Source: an uncultured Chromatiales bacterium
GTDB taxonomy: Bacteria > Pseudomonadota > Gammaproteobacteria > Steroidobacterales > Woeseiaceae
Length of the DNA stretch: 64,000 nt
Assembly: GCA_965651325.1 (NCBI GenBank)
Contig: CBFGSB010000001.1
Span: 1,138 to 65,137, forward strand
Direction of reading: 5' to 3'
Part shown: positions 47,135-56,539 of the stretch, piece by piece
Numbering within the stretch: the stretch's first letter is position 1
Layout: the number at the start of each line of letters is the position of its first letter
The notes under the pieces: model-generated
What the model saw: only the letters and a program-made list of their open reading frames with translations
What the model was told of the DNA's origin: nothing
Databases searched by the model: none
Program-made: the position numbers and the translations under genes

Positions 47135-47192
47135 TTCCCACCTCCCCTTGTTGTGCCGGGAAGTCTGCGGGACGCTGCCTGTGCGAGCAAGC

Positions 47193-48479
47193 TTACTGGG
47201 TCGGCGTGACTCTCCAGACGGTGTTCGAGAGGTCGTCGGCAACGATCAGCGCGCCGCGCGGGTCGAGCGACACGCCGACCGGGCGGCCGCGCGCGTCACC
47301 GTCGTCGGTCAGGAACCCCGTCACGAAGTCCACCGGCTCGCCCGTGGGCCGGCCGTTCCGGAACGGTACGAACACCACCTTGTAGCCGACCGGCACGCTG
47401 CGGTTCCAGCTCCCGTGCTCGCCGATGAACGCGCCCTCCGCGAAACGCTGCCCCATCACCGGGCTGGAGAAGGCAAGGCCGAGCGCCGCCACGTGCGATC
47501 CCAGGCTGTAATCCGGGCGGATGGCCGAGGCGACTTTCTCCGGATCCTGCGGCTGTGCACGCACATCGACGTTCTGGCCCCAGTAGCTGTAGGGCCAGCC
47601 GTAAAAGCCGCCTTCCCGAATGGCGGTCAGGTAGTCGGGAACGAGGTTCGGCCCGATCTCGTCGCGCTCGTTCACCGCCGCCCAGAGCTGGCCGTTCCGC
47701 GGCTGGATGGCGAGTGCGGTCGGGTTGCGAACACCGGTGGCGTACTGCCGGTGCGCGCCGGTCTGCGCGTTGACCTCCCAGATCACGGCCCGGTCGACCT
47801 CGGCATCCATCCCGCGCTCGGTGATGTTGCTGTTGGAGCCGATGCCGACATAAAGGAAGCGGCCGTCCGCGCTTGCGGTCATTGCCTTCGTCCAGTGGTG
47901 ATTGATCGCGGACGGCAGTTGCGTGACGGTCGTCGGCGGCCCGCTCGCGCGCGTCTGGCCGGCACGGTAGTCGAACCGCACGAGCTCATCCTGGTTGGCA
48001 ACGTAAAGCGCATCGTCGATCAGGGCGAGGCCGTAAGGCGCATTGAGATTGTCGGCGAAGACACCTTGTTGTTCGTAGGTCCCATCGCCGTCGGCATCGC
48101 GCAGCAGGGTCAGCCGATCGCCGCCGCCCCTGTCGGTCTTGCCCTGGCCCTTGATGTAGTTCGCGATGAGGTCCTTCGGGCGCAGCACGGGCGCGCCGCC
48201 GCCGGATCCCTCCGCCACCAGGATGTCACCGTTTGGCAGCACCAGCGTCTGGCGCGGCACCGCGAGGTCCGTGGCAATGGCCGTGATGCTGTAGCCCTGC
48301 GGCACGGTCGGGACCTCGTCGCCCCAGTTCGCCGGCATCGCGATCCGCATCTTGGGCAGGAGGCCGCGCCGCGGTTCGGGCAACTCCGGGTCGGGGCCGT
48401 ACTGGGGCGGCGGCACATCGCCTCCGCCGCAGGCGGACAGGGCCACTGCCATGGCGGCTGCGAGCAGAAGCGGGCGCAT
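47193..48479 (-). CDS. PQQ-dependent sugar (sorbosone/aldose) dehydrogenase family lipoprotein
   Basis: Lipobox AVALSACGGG. Beta-propeller blocks LVLPNGDILVAEGSGG, LYVANQDELVRFDY, LYVGIGSNSN, GVRNPTALA, GFYGWPYSYWG. ATG 48479 overlaps the upstream stop (ATGA). Confidence 0.85.
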   Translation of the reverse strand: MRPLLLAAAMAVALSACGGGDVPPPQYGPDPELPEPRRGLLPKMRIAMPANWGDEVPTVPQGYSITAIATDLAVPRQTLVLPNGDILVAEGSGGGAPVLRPKDLIANYIKGQGKTDRGGGDRLTLLRDADGDGTYEQQGVFADNLNAPYGLALIDDALYVANQDELVRFDYRAGQTRASGPPTTVTQLPSAINHHWTKAMTASADGRFLYVGIGSNSNITERGMDAEVDRAVIWEVNAQTGAHRQYATGVRNPTALAIQPRNGQLWAAVNERDEIGPNLVPDYLTAIREGGFYGWPYSYWGQNVDVRAQPQDPEKVASAIRPDYSLGSHVAALGLAFSSPVMGQRFAEGAFIGEHGSWNRSVPVGYKVVFVPFRNGRPTGEPVDFVTGFLTDDGDARGRPVGVSLDPRGALIVADDLSNTVWRVTPTQ

Positions 48480-48922
48480 CACGTCACCTCCACGGCGCGA
48501 GGCCACGAGTAGCCGATCCAGGCGGCGATGAGCGCGAGGAGCGTCGCGATGACGGAGAGCACGAGCGCTTCCGGCATGATCGCCCAGGCGTCCTTCGCGT
48601 GGACGAAAGCATTGATGAGGCCGAGTACCCACATCGCGAGCAGCACCACGAAATAGGCAATTGAACGCCCCTTCCCCACGCGTTCCGCGCGCAACATATC
48701 GACCAGCGCCCACACCAGCGCGAAGGCGCCGACGAGCAGCCCGCCGGCGATCAGCCACGACGAGAAGTTGCTCCACTGGACCTGGAAGGTCGAGCGGTAG
48801 GCGAGGTCGCTGGCCAGCGCGCCCAGGAACAAGGGCAACGGAAAGGCGAGGAAGATCGCGTGCAGCGGGTGGAGGGGTCGGGAATATGCGTGCGCGGACA
48901 GGGTAGCCATTGTTCTTTGCAT
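48479..48922 (-). CDS. DUF2231-family membrane protein
   Basis: HPLHAIFLAFPLPLFLGALASDL and four TM segments. I recall this family pairing with sorbosone-dehydrogenase-like genes. Start is 48922 or 48910. Confidence 0.65.
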   Translation of the reverse strand: MQRTMATLSAHAYSRPLHPLHAIFLAFPLPLFLGALASDLAYRSTFQVQWSNFSSWLIAGGLLVGAFALVWALVDMLRAERVGKGRSIAYFVVLLAMWVLGLINAFVHAKDAWAIMPEALVLSVIATLLALIAAWIGYSWPRAVEVT

Positions 48923-49217
48923 TCACCTCCCGAACCGCTATCGGCTCCTCCCGGACGTCGATACGGCGCGAATATGAGCTTGTTTCATCAAGGGTAGTAG
49001 ATTCCGGAGGGACCGCAATCCGGCGCAGGCTCGTGACAGGTCCCGGTGCATCCCCGCTCGCGCGCACACGCCAACGGCGCCCAACCTTGCGGTCCTATTA
49101 GCTCGTATTTTGCAACAGTGCATACCGGATGCGCCGGTTTATCCCGCTATCCGCGCATCAGTATCCTTCCTCGGGTCGGCCAGCCCCCTGATAACCCTTG
49201 GAGAGGAGTAGAGCGAA

Positions 49218-50063
49218 ATGTCACTGAAAACCCCGGGAACGATGAAAAGGTTTGCCCTGGCGTCGCTTGCCGTCATCGGATTGGGCGGCGCCGCCCATGC
49301 GGAGGACGTCTACTGCCCTCCGGACCTCGGCGCGGTCACGATCGACGGCAACGTGCTGATCACCGCCGCATGCCGCATGGAAGGGACGACGGTCGAAGGG
49401 AACATCCTGTTGTACGCCGGCGGCTCCCTGGTCGCCCGCGGGCTGGATGTGGACGGTAACGTCCAGGGGGAGGATGCGGACTACGTGGACATCATGGAGT
49501 CGTCGATCGACGGCAGCGTACAGCTCGAACGCCTGGTCGGCGACGCCAGCAACCTCACCAGCAACCTGGTCAACGGCAACATCCAGCTCGACGACAACCG
49601 GACGCGCCTGGAAGTGCTCGACAACACCGTGGGCGGAGACATCCAGGCATTCGATAACTCCGGTGGAGTCGTGATTGCCGACAACGTCGTGGACGGCAAC
49701 CTGCAGTGCAAGGCGAACGCTCCCGCACCCGTCGGCAGCAACAACCGCGTGTCGGGCAACATGGAAGACCAGTGCGCCGACCTGCACCCGCAGGCGGATT
49801 CCGGCAGCGGCAACAGCGGCGGAACCGACGGCGGTAGCGGTAGCGGTGACGGCGGCAGCGGTGACGGCGGCAGCGGTGGCGGTAACGGCGGCAGCGGCGG
49901 CGGCGTCATCGGCGGCGCAAGCGAAGGCACGCCGGGCAGCTCCGGGGGTGGCAGCTTCGATCCGGTGACCCTGGGTGGGTTCCTGGGCCTGTTCATCGCG
50001 ACCGCGGCGCTGCGGAGGCAGCGGCACTCGCCGGTCGCGCTCGGGAAAGCGCAATCCAGGTGA
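49218..50063 (+). CDS. Secreted beta-helix-like repeat protein with Gly/Ser-rich linker and GlyGly-CTERM-like tail
   Basis: Signal peptide ending GGAAHA. Seven (V/I)xG(N/S/D)(I/V/L/M)Q-type repeats (VEGNILL, VDGNVQG, IDGSVQL, VNGNIQL, VGGDIQA, VDGNLQC, VSGNMED). GSGNSGGTDGGSGSGDGGSGDGGSGGGNGGSGGG linker. Tail GGGSFDPVTLGGFLGLFIATAALRRQR. SD GGAGAGGAG. Confidence 0.65.
   Translation: MSLKTPGTMKRFALASLAVIGLGGAAHAEDVYCPPDLGAVTIDGNVLITAACRMEGTTVEGNILLYAGGSLVARGLDVDGNVQGEDADYVDIMESSIDGSVQLERLVGDASNLTSNLVNGNIQLDDNRTRLEVLDNTVGGDIQAFDNSGGVVIADNVVDGNLQCKANAPAPVGSNNRVSGNMEDQCADLHPQADSGSGNSGGTDGGSGSGDGGSGDGGSGGGNGGSGGGVIGGASEGTPGSSGGGSFDPVTLGGFLGLFIATAALRRQRHSPVALGKAQSR
49845..49904 (+). repeat. Short tandem repeat encoding the Gly-rich linker
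   Basis: GGTGACGGCGGCAGC occurs twice in perfect tandem (49845-49874), followed by degenerate copies GGTGGCGGTAACGGCGGCAGCGGCGGCGGC. Confidence 0.7.
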
Positions 50064-50080
50064 TGACGGCCCACGCTTGC

Positions 50081-50112
50081 ACCCGGCCCGAGCCACGTGG
50101 CTCCGGCCGGGT
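50081..50112. terminator. Near-perfect 32-bp palindrome between convergent genes (bidirectional terminator candidate)
   Basis: ACCCGGCCCGAGCCAC/GTGGCTCCGGCCGGGT, 15 of 16 positions complementary. It sits between the stop at 50063 and the azoR stop at 50120. Confidence 0.55.
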
Positions 50113-50119
50113 ACTGCGT

Positions 50120-50737
50120 TTAAGCCGCGGCGGCGCGTCTCGCCTGTCCCAACCCCGCGATGGCGCGGCGCGCCTGCGCAAGCGACGATTCGCGTGTGGC
50201 CTCGTCCATGGCGAGGCCTTCCGCGTGCACGAACTCGACGTCCTCCAGGCCCATGAACGCCAGGACCTGGCGCAACCAGGCCGTCTGGGCGTGCGCCTCG
50301 CCGTAGAGCCCCCCTCGCGCGATGAACACATAACCCTTCTTGCCGGTGACGAGACCCTGGGGGCCGGTTTCCGTGTAACGGAACGTGGCGCCCGCTCGCA
50401 GCACATGATCGAACCACGCTTTGAGTTGCGTCGGCACGCCGAAGTTGTACATCGGCACGGCAATCACGACGGTATCGGCCGCGTGCAGCTCGGCAATGAG
50501 GGCGTCGGAACGGTCCGCGATCGCCTGCTGCGACGGCGTCCGTTTCGCCGGCTCGGCCAGCAGCGACTGGAAGCGCGCGAGGTCGAGGTGCGGCAGCGGC
50601 TCGGCCGTGACGTCCCGCAGCACGATTTGCCCGCCCGGGTTCTCGCGGCGCCATTGCTCCACGAACGCGTCCGCGAGGCGCGACGATGCCCCGTCGGCGC
50701 CGTAGAGGCTGGCCTGGATCTTGAGCAGCGTTGTCAT
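50120..50737 (-). CDS. azoR: FMN-dependent NADH-azoreductase
   Basis: MTTLLKIQASLYG...DTVVIAVPMYNFGVPTQLKAWFDHVLRAGATFRYTETGPQGLVTGKK matches AzoR/AcpD closely. SD AAGGAGA. Confidence 0.9.
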   Translation of the reverse strand: MTTLLKIQASLYGADGASSRLADAFVEQWRRENPGGQIVLRDVTAEPLPHLDLARFQSLLAEPAKRTPSQQAIADRSDALIAELHAADTVVIAVPMYNFGVPTQLKAWFDHVLRAGATFRYTETGPQGLVTGKKGYVFIARGGLYGEAHAQTAWLRQVLAFMGLEDVEFVHAEGLAMDEATRESSLAQARRAIAGLGQARRAAAA

Positions 50738-50786
50738 TACAGAATCTCCTTTCTTAAATGCGCTGGGGCCATTCAACGATTGATCG

Positions 50787-50836
50787 AACCGATAGAAAAG
50801 CGCAAAATTTCGGCTCTACCTATCGGTTGGTTCGAT
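50787..50836. promoter_or_regulatory. Inverted repeat in the azoR / LysR divergent intergenic region (candidate LysR-type binding site)
   Basis: AACCGATAG (50787-50795) and CTATCGGTT (50820-50828) are perfect reverse complements. The flanking ATCGAACC / GGTTCGAT extend the symmetry, and the right arm abuts the regulator ATG. Confidence 0.4.
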
Positions 50837-51797
50837 GGAAAGTACCGAGACCACCCCCGCACCTCGCATTTCGCTCGAACAGTGGCGCTGCCTCGCCGCC
50901 GTGGTCGAGGCCGGCGGCTACGCGCAGGCGGCGGAGCGCCTGCACAAGAGCCAGTCGTCGGTGACCTACTCCGTGCAAAAGCTGGAGGAGCTGCTCGGGC
51001 TCGATGCGTTCGTGATCCGCGGCCGCAAAGCGGTGCTGACGCCGGCCGGTGAGATGCTCTACCGCCGCGCGCGCCAGCTCCTGGATGACGCGGAGGCGCT
51101 GGAGCACGCGGCGCACCGCGCATCCGCGGGATGGGAGTCGGAGATCGCCCTCGCGGTCGAGATCCTGTTCCCGACCTGGCTCGTGCTGGACTGCCTGGCC
51201 GCCTTCACCCGCGAAAGCCCGCAAACCCGCATCGAGCTCTACGAGACCGTGATGGACGGGGCACCGGACCTGCTGCGCTCGGGCGGCGTGGACCTCGCCA
51301 TCACGCCGCTCGTCCCTCCCGGCTTCGAAGCCGAGCCGCTTACGGCTTTCCGCGCTTTCCCGGCCGCTCATCCCGATCATCCGCTACATCGGCTCGGACG
51401 CCCGCTCACCATGCGCGACCTGCGCAAGCACACGCACCTGGTCGTCCGCGACAGCGGTTTGCGTCGCGATCGCAACACGCTCACCGTGAACGGGGAGCGC
51501 CGCTGGACCGTGTCCAACATGGCCACCTCGATCGGCGCGGCGTCCCGCGGCTATGGCTTCGCGTGGTTTCCCGAGGACAAGATCCGTACGGAGCTCGCCG
51601 AGGGCGTGCTGAAGCCGCTGCCGCTCGCGCGCGGACAGGAACGCCTGGGGCATATCTACCTGGTTTTCCGCGACCGGGATGCCGCGGGCCCCGGCACGCT
51701 GCGCCTGGCCGAGATCCTGCGCGAAGGGACCGGACAGGGCTGCCGCCGCCTGGACCAGGCGACCGACGGCGCCCCCTTGCCGCTATCGCCACCGTGA
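50835..51797 (+). CDS. LysR-family transcriptional regulator
   Basis: HTH region LEQWRCLAAVVEAGGYAQAAERLHKSQSSVTYSVQKLEELLG. LysR substrate-binding domain length. Divergent from azoR. Confidence 0.9.
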   Translation: MESTETTPAPRISLEQWRCLAAVVEAGGYAQAAERLHKSQSSVTYSVQKLEELLGLDAFVIRGRKAVLTPAGEMLYRRARQLLDDAEALEHAAHRASAGWESEIALAVEILFPTWLVLDCLAAFTRESPQTRIELYETVMDGAPDLLRSGGVDLAITPLVPPGFEAEPLTAFRAFPAAHPDHPLHRLGRPLTMRDLRKHTHLVVRDSGLRRDRNTLTVNGERRWTVSNMATSIGAASRGYGFAWFPEDKIRTELAEGVLKPLPLARGQERLGHIYLVFRDRDAAGPGTLRLAEILREGTGQGCRRLDQATDGAPLPLSPP

Positions 51798-51867
51798 GAT
51801 TTCCCGGCTAGACTTGCCGCCCCCGTAGGGCAGCCCGCCGGCTGTCCGGGCGGCCGATTGCAACCGG

Positions 51868-53106
51868 ATGCGCTTGGCGAGCATCTACCTGATGTCCGGA
51901 TGCAACTTTTCGGGCCTTTTTCTGGTCGTACGGCCGGTGCTCAAGGGAACACTGCGCGTGGTAAAAATAAACCGAAGAGTCAGCCACGCCGGTGTGGCGC
52001 TCATCCTGTCCATCTCGATGCTCGGGCTTGCCGCCTGTGTGGAAGGCGTCGGCAGTACGCCCGAGCCGGCGGCGCCCGCACCATTGCTGCTGTCGCCCGG
52101 AGACCTCGTAACGTTGAGCGAGCGTCCGCTCACCTCGGGTCCACTGATCACCGGGTCCGTCGAAGCCGAGCGCCGCGCCGACCTGCGGGCGGAAGTACCC
52201 GCCGTGGTGATCGCCGTGCTGAAGCAGAATGGCGACCCGGTCCGCCGCGGCGACCTGCTGGTGCGCCTCGACCAGACGGCTATTCGCGACGCCCTGACCT
52301 CGGCCGAGGCATCGGCGCGGGCCGCCGAGCTGGCCTACGAGCAGGCCGAGCGCCAGTACCAGCGCCTGGTCAAGCTGCGCGAGGAGAACATGGTCTCGGC
52401 GCAACAGCTCGAAGACGCCGCGATCCAGCGCAACAGCGCGCAGAGCGAAGCCGAGGCGGCACGCACGCAAGTCGTCGCCGCGCGCCAGCAACTGGAACGC
52501 ACCGAAGTGCGCGCGCCCTTCGATGGCCTGGTGAGCAACCGCAAGGTCTCGGCGGGCGACACGGCATCGGTGGGCAAGGAGCTCATGCAGGTCATGGATC
52601 CGGGCAGCATGCGCTTCGAGGGCCGCGTATCCGCCGACAACATCGGCGAGGTCGCCGCGGGCCAGCGCGTGCATTTCCGCGTCCAGGGTTTTGACCAGGC
52701 TGACTTTGCCGGCACGGTGGTGCGGGTGAACCCCTCCGCCAACGAGACGACGCGGCAGGTCGAGGTCCTGGTGAGCTTCGACGACCCCGCGCGGATGCCG
52801 AGGGTGGCGGGTCTCTATGCCGAGGGCCGCATCGAAGCACAGAGTGCTGCGCGGCTTACCCTGCCGGCTGCGTCGATCCAGCGTGATGGCGACAACGCCT
52901 ACGCCTGGCTATTCGAAAACGGCGTCATTGAACAGGTGGCGCTCGACCTGGGCGCACATGACGAGCGCACCGGCCGCTACGTCGTGGAGGCCGGGCTCGC
53001 CGAAGGGGACACCGTGCTGCGCTATCCGGGCTCGACGCTGAAGGATGGCCAGGCGGCCCGGCTCGCCGGCGAGGCAGAACCGGTGACGATGTCGGCGGAA
53101 AAGTAA
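51868..53106 (+). CDS. RND efflux periplasmic adaptor (membrane fusion protein)
   Basis: Lipobox SMLGLAAC. Coiled-coil hairpin (AELAYEQAERQYQRLVKLREENMVSAQQLEDA...). RAPFDGLVSNRKVSAGD lipoyl-like motif. GTG at 51958 is an alternative and perhaps better start. Confidence 0.85.
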   Translation: MRLASIYLMSGCNFSGLFLVVRPVLKGTLRVVKINRRVSHAGVALILSISMLGLAACVEGVGSTPEPAAPAPLLLSPGDLVTLSERPLTSGPLITGSVEAERRADLRAEVPAVVIAVLKQNGDPVRRGDLLVRLDQTAIRDALTSAEASARAAELAYEQAERQYQRLVKLREENMVSAQQLEDAAIQRNSAQSEAEAARTQVVAARQQLERTEVRAPFDGLVSNRKVSAGDTASVGKELMQVMDPGSMRFEGRVSADNIGEVAAGQRVHFRVQGFDQADFAGTVVRVNPSANETTRQVEVLVSFDDPARMPRVAGLYAEGRIEAQSAARLTLPAASIQRDGDNAYAWLFENGVIEQVALDLGAHDERTGRYVVEAGLAEGDTVLRYPGSTLKDGQAARLAGEAEPVTMSAEK

Positions 53107-53109
53107 GCC

Positions 53110-56100
53110 ATGCTGCTTTCCGATTTCAGCATCCGGCAACCGGTCACCACCGTTGCCATGATCATCGTGCTCATGTGCCTGGGGCTCCTGGCGCTGAAGA
53201 ACCTGCGCGTGAACCAGATCCCCGACGTCGAGCAGCCGGTGATGGTGGTCAATTTCCCGTACCCGGGCGCGTCACCCGAGACGGTCGAGCGCGAGATCGT
53301 CAACCGGGTGGAAAAGGCGCTGCAGAGCATTCCGCAGGTCTACGAAATTCGCTCGACTTCCTACGAGAGCAATGCCCGCATCGTCATCATCTTCGACTTC
53401 AAGAAGGAGATGACGGCGGCCGCTGACGAGATCCGCAACGCCATCGCCTCGGTGCGCTACAAGTTGCCGCTCGAGATGCGCGAGCCGGTGCTGTATCGCT
53501 TCGATCCGTCCGCCCAGCCGATCATGAACCTGGCGCTTTCGTCGACCAGGCAGACGCACGCGGAGATTTCGCGGCTGGCCGAAGACGTGCTCGCCGATCG
53601 CCTGCGCGGTATCGACGGTGTTGCCGTCGTGGAAGTCGAAGGTGCGCTGCGCCGCGAGCTGTCGGTGCTGCTGCATGCCGACAAGCTGCGCGAGTTCAAC
53701 GTATCGGTCGGCGAGGTGGTCGAGGCACTGCGGGCGCAGAACACGACCGCGCCGGTGGGCCAGGTGACGGGGCCGCTCGAGGAACAGAACATCCGGCTGG
53801 TCGGGCGCATCGAATCCCCGGTCGAGTTCAACGACGTCGTCGTCAAGCGGCTGGGCAACGAGATCGTGCGGCTCGGCCACGTGGCCACCATCGAGGACGG
53901 GTTCGCCGAGTCCGAAAGCTACAGCATGCGCAACGCCCGCCCGAACGTCGGCCTGTCGGTGGTGCGCTCGCGCGAATCCAGCACGGTGAAGGTCGCCGAG
54001 CTCGTGCGCCAGGAAGTGGCGGAGATCAACGACACCCTGCCCGAGGGCACCCAACTCGAGGTGACCTATGACGGCGGCGAGGACGCGTCCAATTCACTGG
54101 GCAACGTCATCCATGCGCTGATCTTCGGCGCCGGCCTCACGATCTTCGTGGTGTACGCCTTCCTCAACTCCTGGCGGTCCACGCTGATCACGAGCCTGTC
54201 CCTGCCGACTTCGGCCGTTGCGGCGTTCATCGCCATCTGGCTGTGCGGCTTCACGCTGAACTTCATGACGTTGCTCGGGCTGTCGCTCGCGATCGGCGTG
54301 CTCATCGACGACGCCATCGTGGTCCGGGAGAACATCGTTCGCCACATGGAGCGCGGGGCGGACAGGATCACCGCCGCCCGTAAGGGCACGGCGGAGATCG
54401 GCCTCGCGGTCACCGCCACGACCCTGTCCATCGTCGCGGTATTCGTCCCGGTGGCCTTCATGGGCGGCGGCGCCGGCGAGTGGTTCCGCCCGTTCGCGGT
54501 GACCGTGGCCGCTTCGGTGCTGGTCAGCCTGCTGGTTGCCTTCACGCTTGACCCGATGCTGTCGGCCTACTGGGGCGACCCGCCGGGCTACCGGCAGCGC
54601 GAGCAGCGAGGCCTGGGCCGATATATTCAGCGCTTCAACGAGTGGTTCGACGCCCAAGCGGACCGGTACGGCAGCGTCATCGCCTGGGCGCTGCATCACC
54701 GGGGGTGGATGGCGGGCATTTCGGTGCTGGCCCTGGTATCGGCGCTGGTGCTGCAAGGCACCTTGGGCGGCAGCGAGTTCCTGCCGAAGGCCGACTACGG
54801 CACCATCGCGGTCGACATTCGCACGCCATCGAGCACCAGCCTCGAATACGGGCGCGAGAAGGTCGAACAGGCCGCGGCGCTGGCGCGCTCGATACCCGAA
54901 ACGAAGGCGACCGACTCGCGTGTGTTCGCGGGCGGCGGACGCATTTACGTGGACGTCGGTGACAGGGAGGAACGCAGCCGCTCCTCGTTTGCCATCGCAG
55001 CGGAGCTGCGCGGATTGCTGGGGCGCCTCGTCGGCGCCGAGTACGTCGTGCTCGACGACCTCAACAACGGCGCGCAGAAGCCGGTGCAGATCCAGTTCTA
55101 CGGCGAGGACTCGCGCCGCCTGATGGAGATCACCAACGCTTTCATGGCCGAGGTGCGCGGTATCCCGGGCGCGGTCGACGTGGGCCTTTCGGAGCAGGAT
55201 CCGAAGGACGAGCTGCGCATCGAGCTCAAGCGCGGGCTCGCCAACCAGCTCGGGATCTCGATGGCCGATGCCGCGCAGACGCTGCGCGTGGCGTTTGCCG
55301 GCGTGGAAGTCGGGGACTGGGTCGATCCCGAAGGCGAGGCGCGCGACGTCGCGGTGCGCCTGCATCCCGATGACCGCCTAAATGCCAGCAACATCGAGCA
55401 CCTGCCGATCGCGGTGGCCGGCACGGGGATGATGGTGCCGCTCGACCAGATCGCGACCATCACCCTCGACAAGGGGCCGGCACGGATCCAGCACCTGGAC
55501 GGCAAGCGCACGGTCACGGTCTCCGCGAACGTCGAAGGGCGGTCGCCGGGTGAGGTCACGGCCGACGCCATGAAGCTGGCGCAAGCCATCCCGTTCCCGG
55601 AAGGTTATGGCCTGTCCCTGGGCGGCGCCTCGCGCGATCAGCAGGAAGTGTTCAACGAGATGTTCACCGCCCTCTTCCTGGGCGTGGGCGTCATGTACCT
55701 GGTGCTGGTCATGCAGTTCGGCTCTTTCACCGCACCGGTGCCGGTGATGATGTCGCTGCCGCTGTCGCTGATCGGCGTGGTGCTGGCGCTGCTCGCGACG
55801 GGCAGCACGCTTAACCTGATGAGCTTCATCGGCGTCATCATGCTGATGGGACTGGTCGCGAAGAACGCTATCCTGCTCCTCGACTGCGCGCGCAAGGAAG
55901 AAGCGCAAGGTATCGCGCGAGAAGACGCCTTGATGCATGCGGGCCGGGTACGGTTCCGGCCCATCCTCATGACGACGTTCGCCTTGATCGCGGGCATGAC
56001 GCCGGTGGCGATCGGCGTGGGCGAAGGCGGCGAGTTCTATCGGCCCATGGCCGTGGCCATCATCGGCGGGGTGTTCACGTCGACCCTGCTCACCCTGCTC

Positions 56101-56439
56101 GTCATCCCGAGCTTCTACGACAGCGTCGAGATCGCGCGTGAGCGCGCCGTGCTGAAGGTCCGGGCGCGCGCGGCGCTGACCAATCCCGCTGTGGCATTCG
56201 TGGTTACGCTTGTCGAAGCCTTGTTCGCGCTGACGCTGGTGCGCGCCCTGTATCGCGGGGGGCGCCGACTGCTCCGGCTGGCGCCGCGCGAGCACCCGGT
56301 GGAACGGGCGGCCCGCCTCGTGGGTTTCGAAGTGCCGGCGGGATTCGAGGCGCATCGCGGGAAAGGACGGCAGCAGGACGGCCAGGTGAAGGTTGCGCCG
56401 GGGAGCGTTCCCGCGGCTACCGGCGCCGAAGCGGCGTAA
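53110..56439 (+). CDS. RND efflux permease (AcrB/HAE family) with about 70-aa C-terminal extension
   Basis: MLLSDFSIRQPVTTVAMIIVLMCLGLLAL start, 12-TM architecture. Conserved LGLSLAIGVLIDDAIVVREN and GLVAKNAILLLD blocks. Begins 3 nt after the adaptor gene. Confidence 0.95.
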   Translation: MLLSDFSIRQPVTTVAMIIVLMCLGLLALKNLRVNQIPDVEQPVMVVNFPYPGASPETVEREIVNRVEKALQSIPQVYEIRSTSYESNARIVIIFDFKKEMTAAADEIRNAIASVRYKLPLEMREPVLYRFDPSAQPIMNLALSSTRQTHAEISRLAEDVLADRLRGIDGVAVVEVEGALRRELSVLLHADKLREFNVSVGEVVEALRAQNTTAPVGQVTGPLEEQNIRLVGRIESPVEFNDVVVKRLGNEIVRLGHVATIEDGFAESESYSMRNARPNVGLSVVRSRESSTVKVAELVRQEVAEINDTLPEGTQLEVTYDGGEDASNSLGNVIHALIFGAGLTIFVVYAFLNSWRSTLITSLSLPTSAVAAFIAIWLCGFTLNFMTLLGLSLAIGVLIDDAIVVRENIVRHMERGADRITAARKGTAEIGLAVTATTLSIVAVFVPVAFMGGGAGEWFRPFAVTVAASVLVSLLVAFTLDPMLSAYWGDPPGYRQREQRGLGRYIQRFNEWFDAQADRYGSVIAWALHHRGWMAGISVLALVSALVLQGTLGGSEFLPKADYGTIAVDIRTPSSTSLEYGREKVEQAAALARSIPETKATDSRVFAGGGRIYVDVGDREERSRSSFAIAAELRGLLGRLVGAEYVVLDDLNNGAQKPVQIQFYGEDSRRLMEITNAFMAEVRGIPGAVDVGLSEQDPKDELRIELKRGLANQLGISMADAAQTLRVAFAGVEVGDWVDPEGEARDVAVRLHPDDRLNASNIEHLPIAVAGTGMMVPLDQIATITLDKGPARIQHLDGKRTVTVSANVEGRSPGEVTADAMKLAQAIPFPEGYGLSLGGASRDQQEVFNEMFTALFLGVGVMYLVLVMQFGSFTAPVPVMMSLPLSLIGVVLALLATGSTLNLMSFIGVIMLMGLVAKNAILLLDCARKEEAQGIAREDALMHAGRVRFRPILMTTFALIAGMTPVAIGVGEGGEFYRPMAVAIIGGVFTSTLLTLLVIPSFYDSVEIARERAVLKVRARAALTNPAVAFVVTLVEALFALTLVRALYRGGRRLLRLAPREHPVERAARLVGFEVPAGFEAHRGKGRQQDGQVKVAPGSVPAATGAEAA

Positions 56440-56539
56440 GACGCACCCCCCGGCTATCCGGCGACGCCCGGCACCCCCGGAAGATCACCTCGCCCCGGTT
56501 CCGGTTAAGCCGCTCGTATCCTGGCCGACGTAGCCGGGA

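Noticed and set aside
49800-49930. Gly-rich stretch as a collagen-like or PE/PPE-like domain
   Set aside because: There is no Gly-X-Y periodicity. The pattern is an irregular GSG(D/N)GG linker between a repeat domain and a sorting tail.
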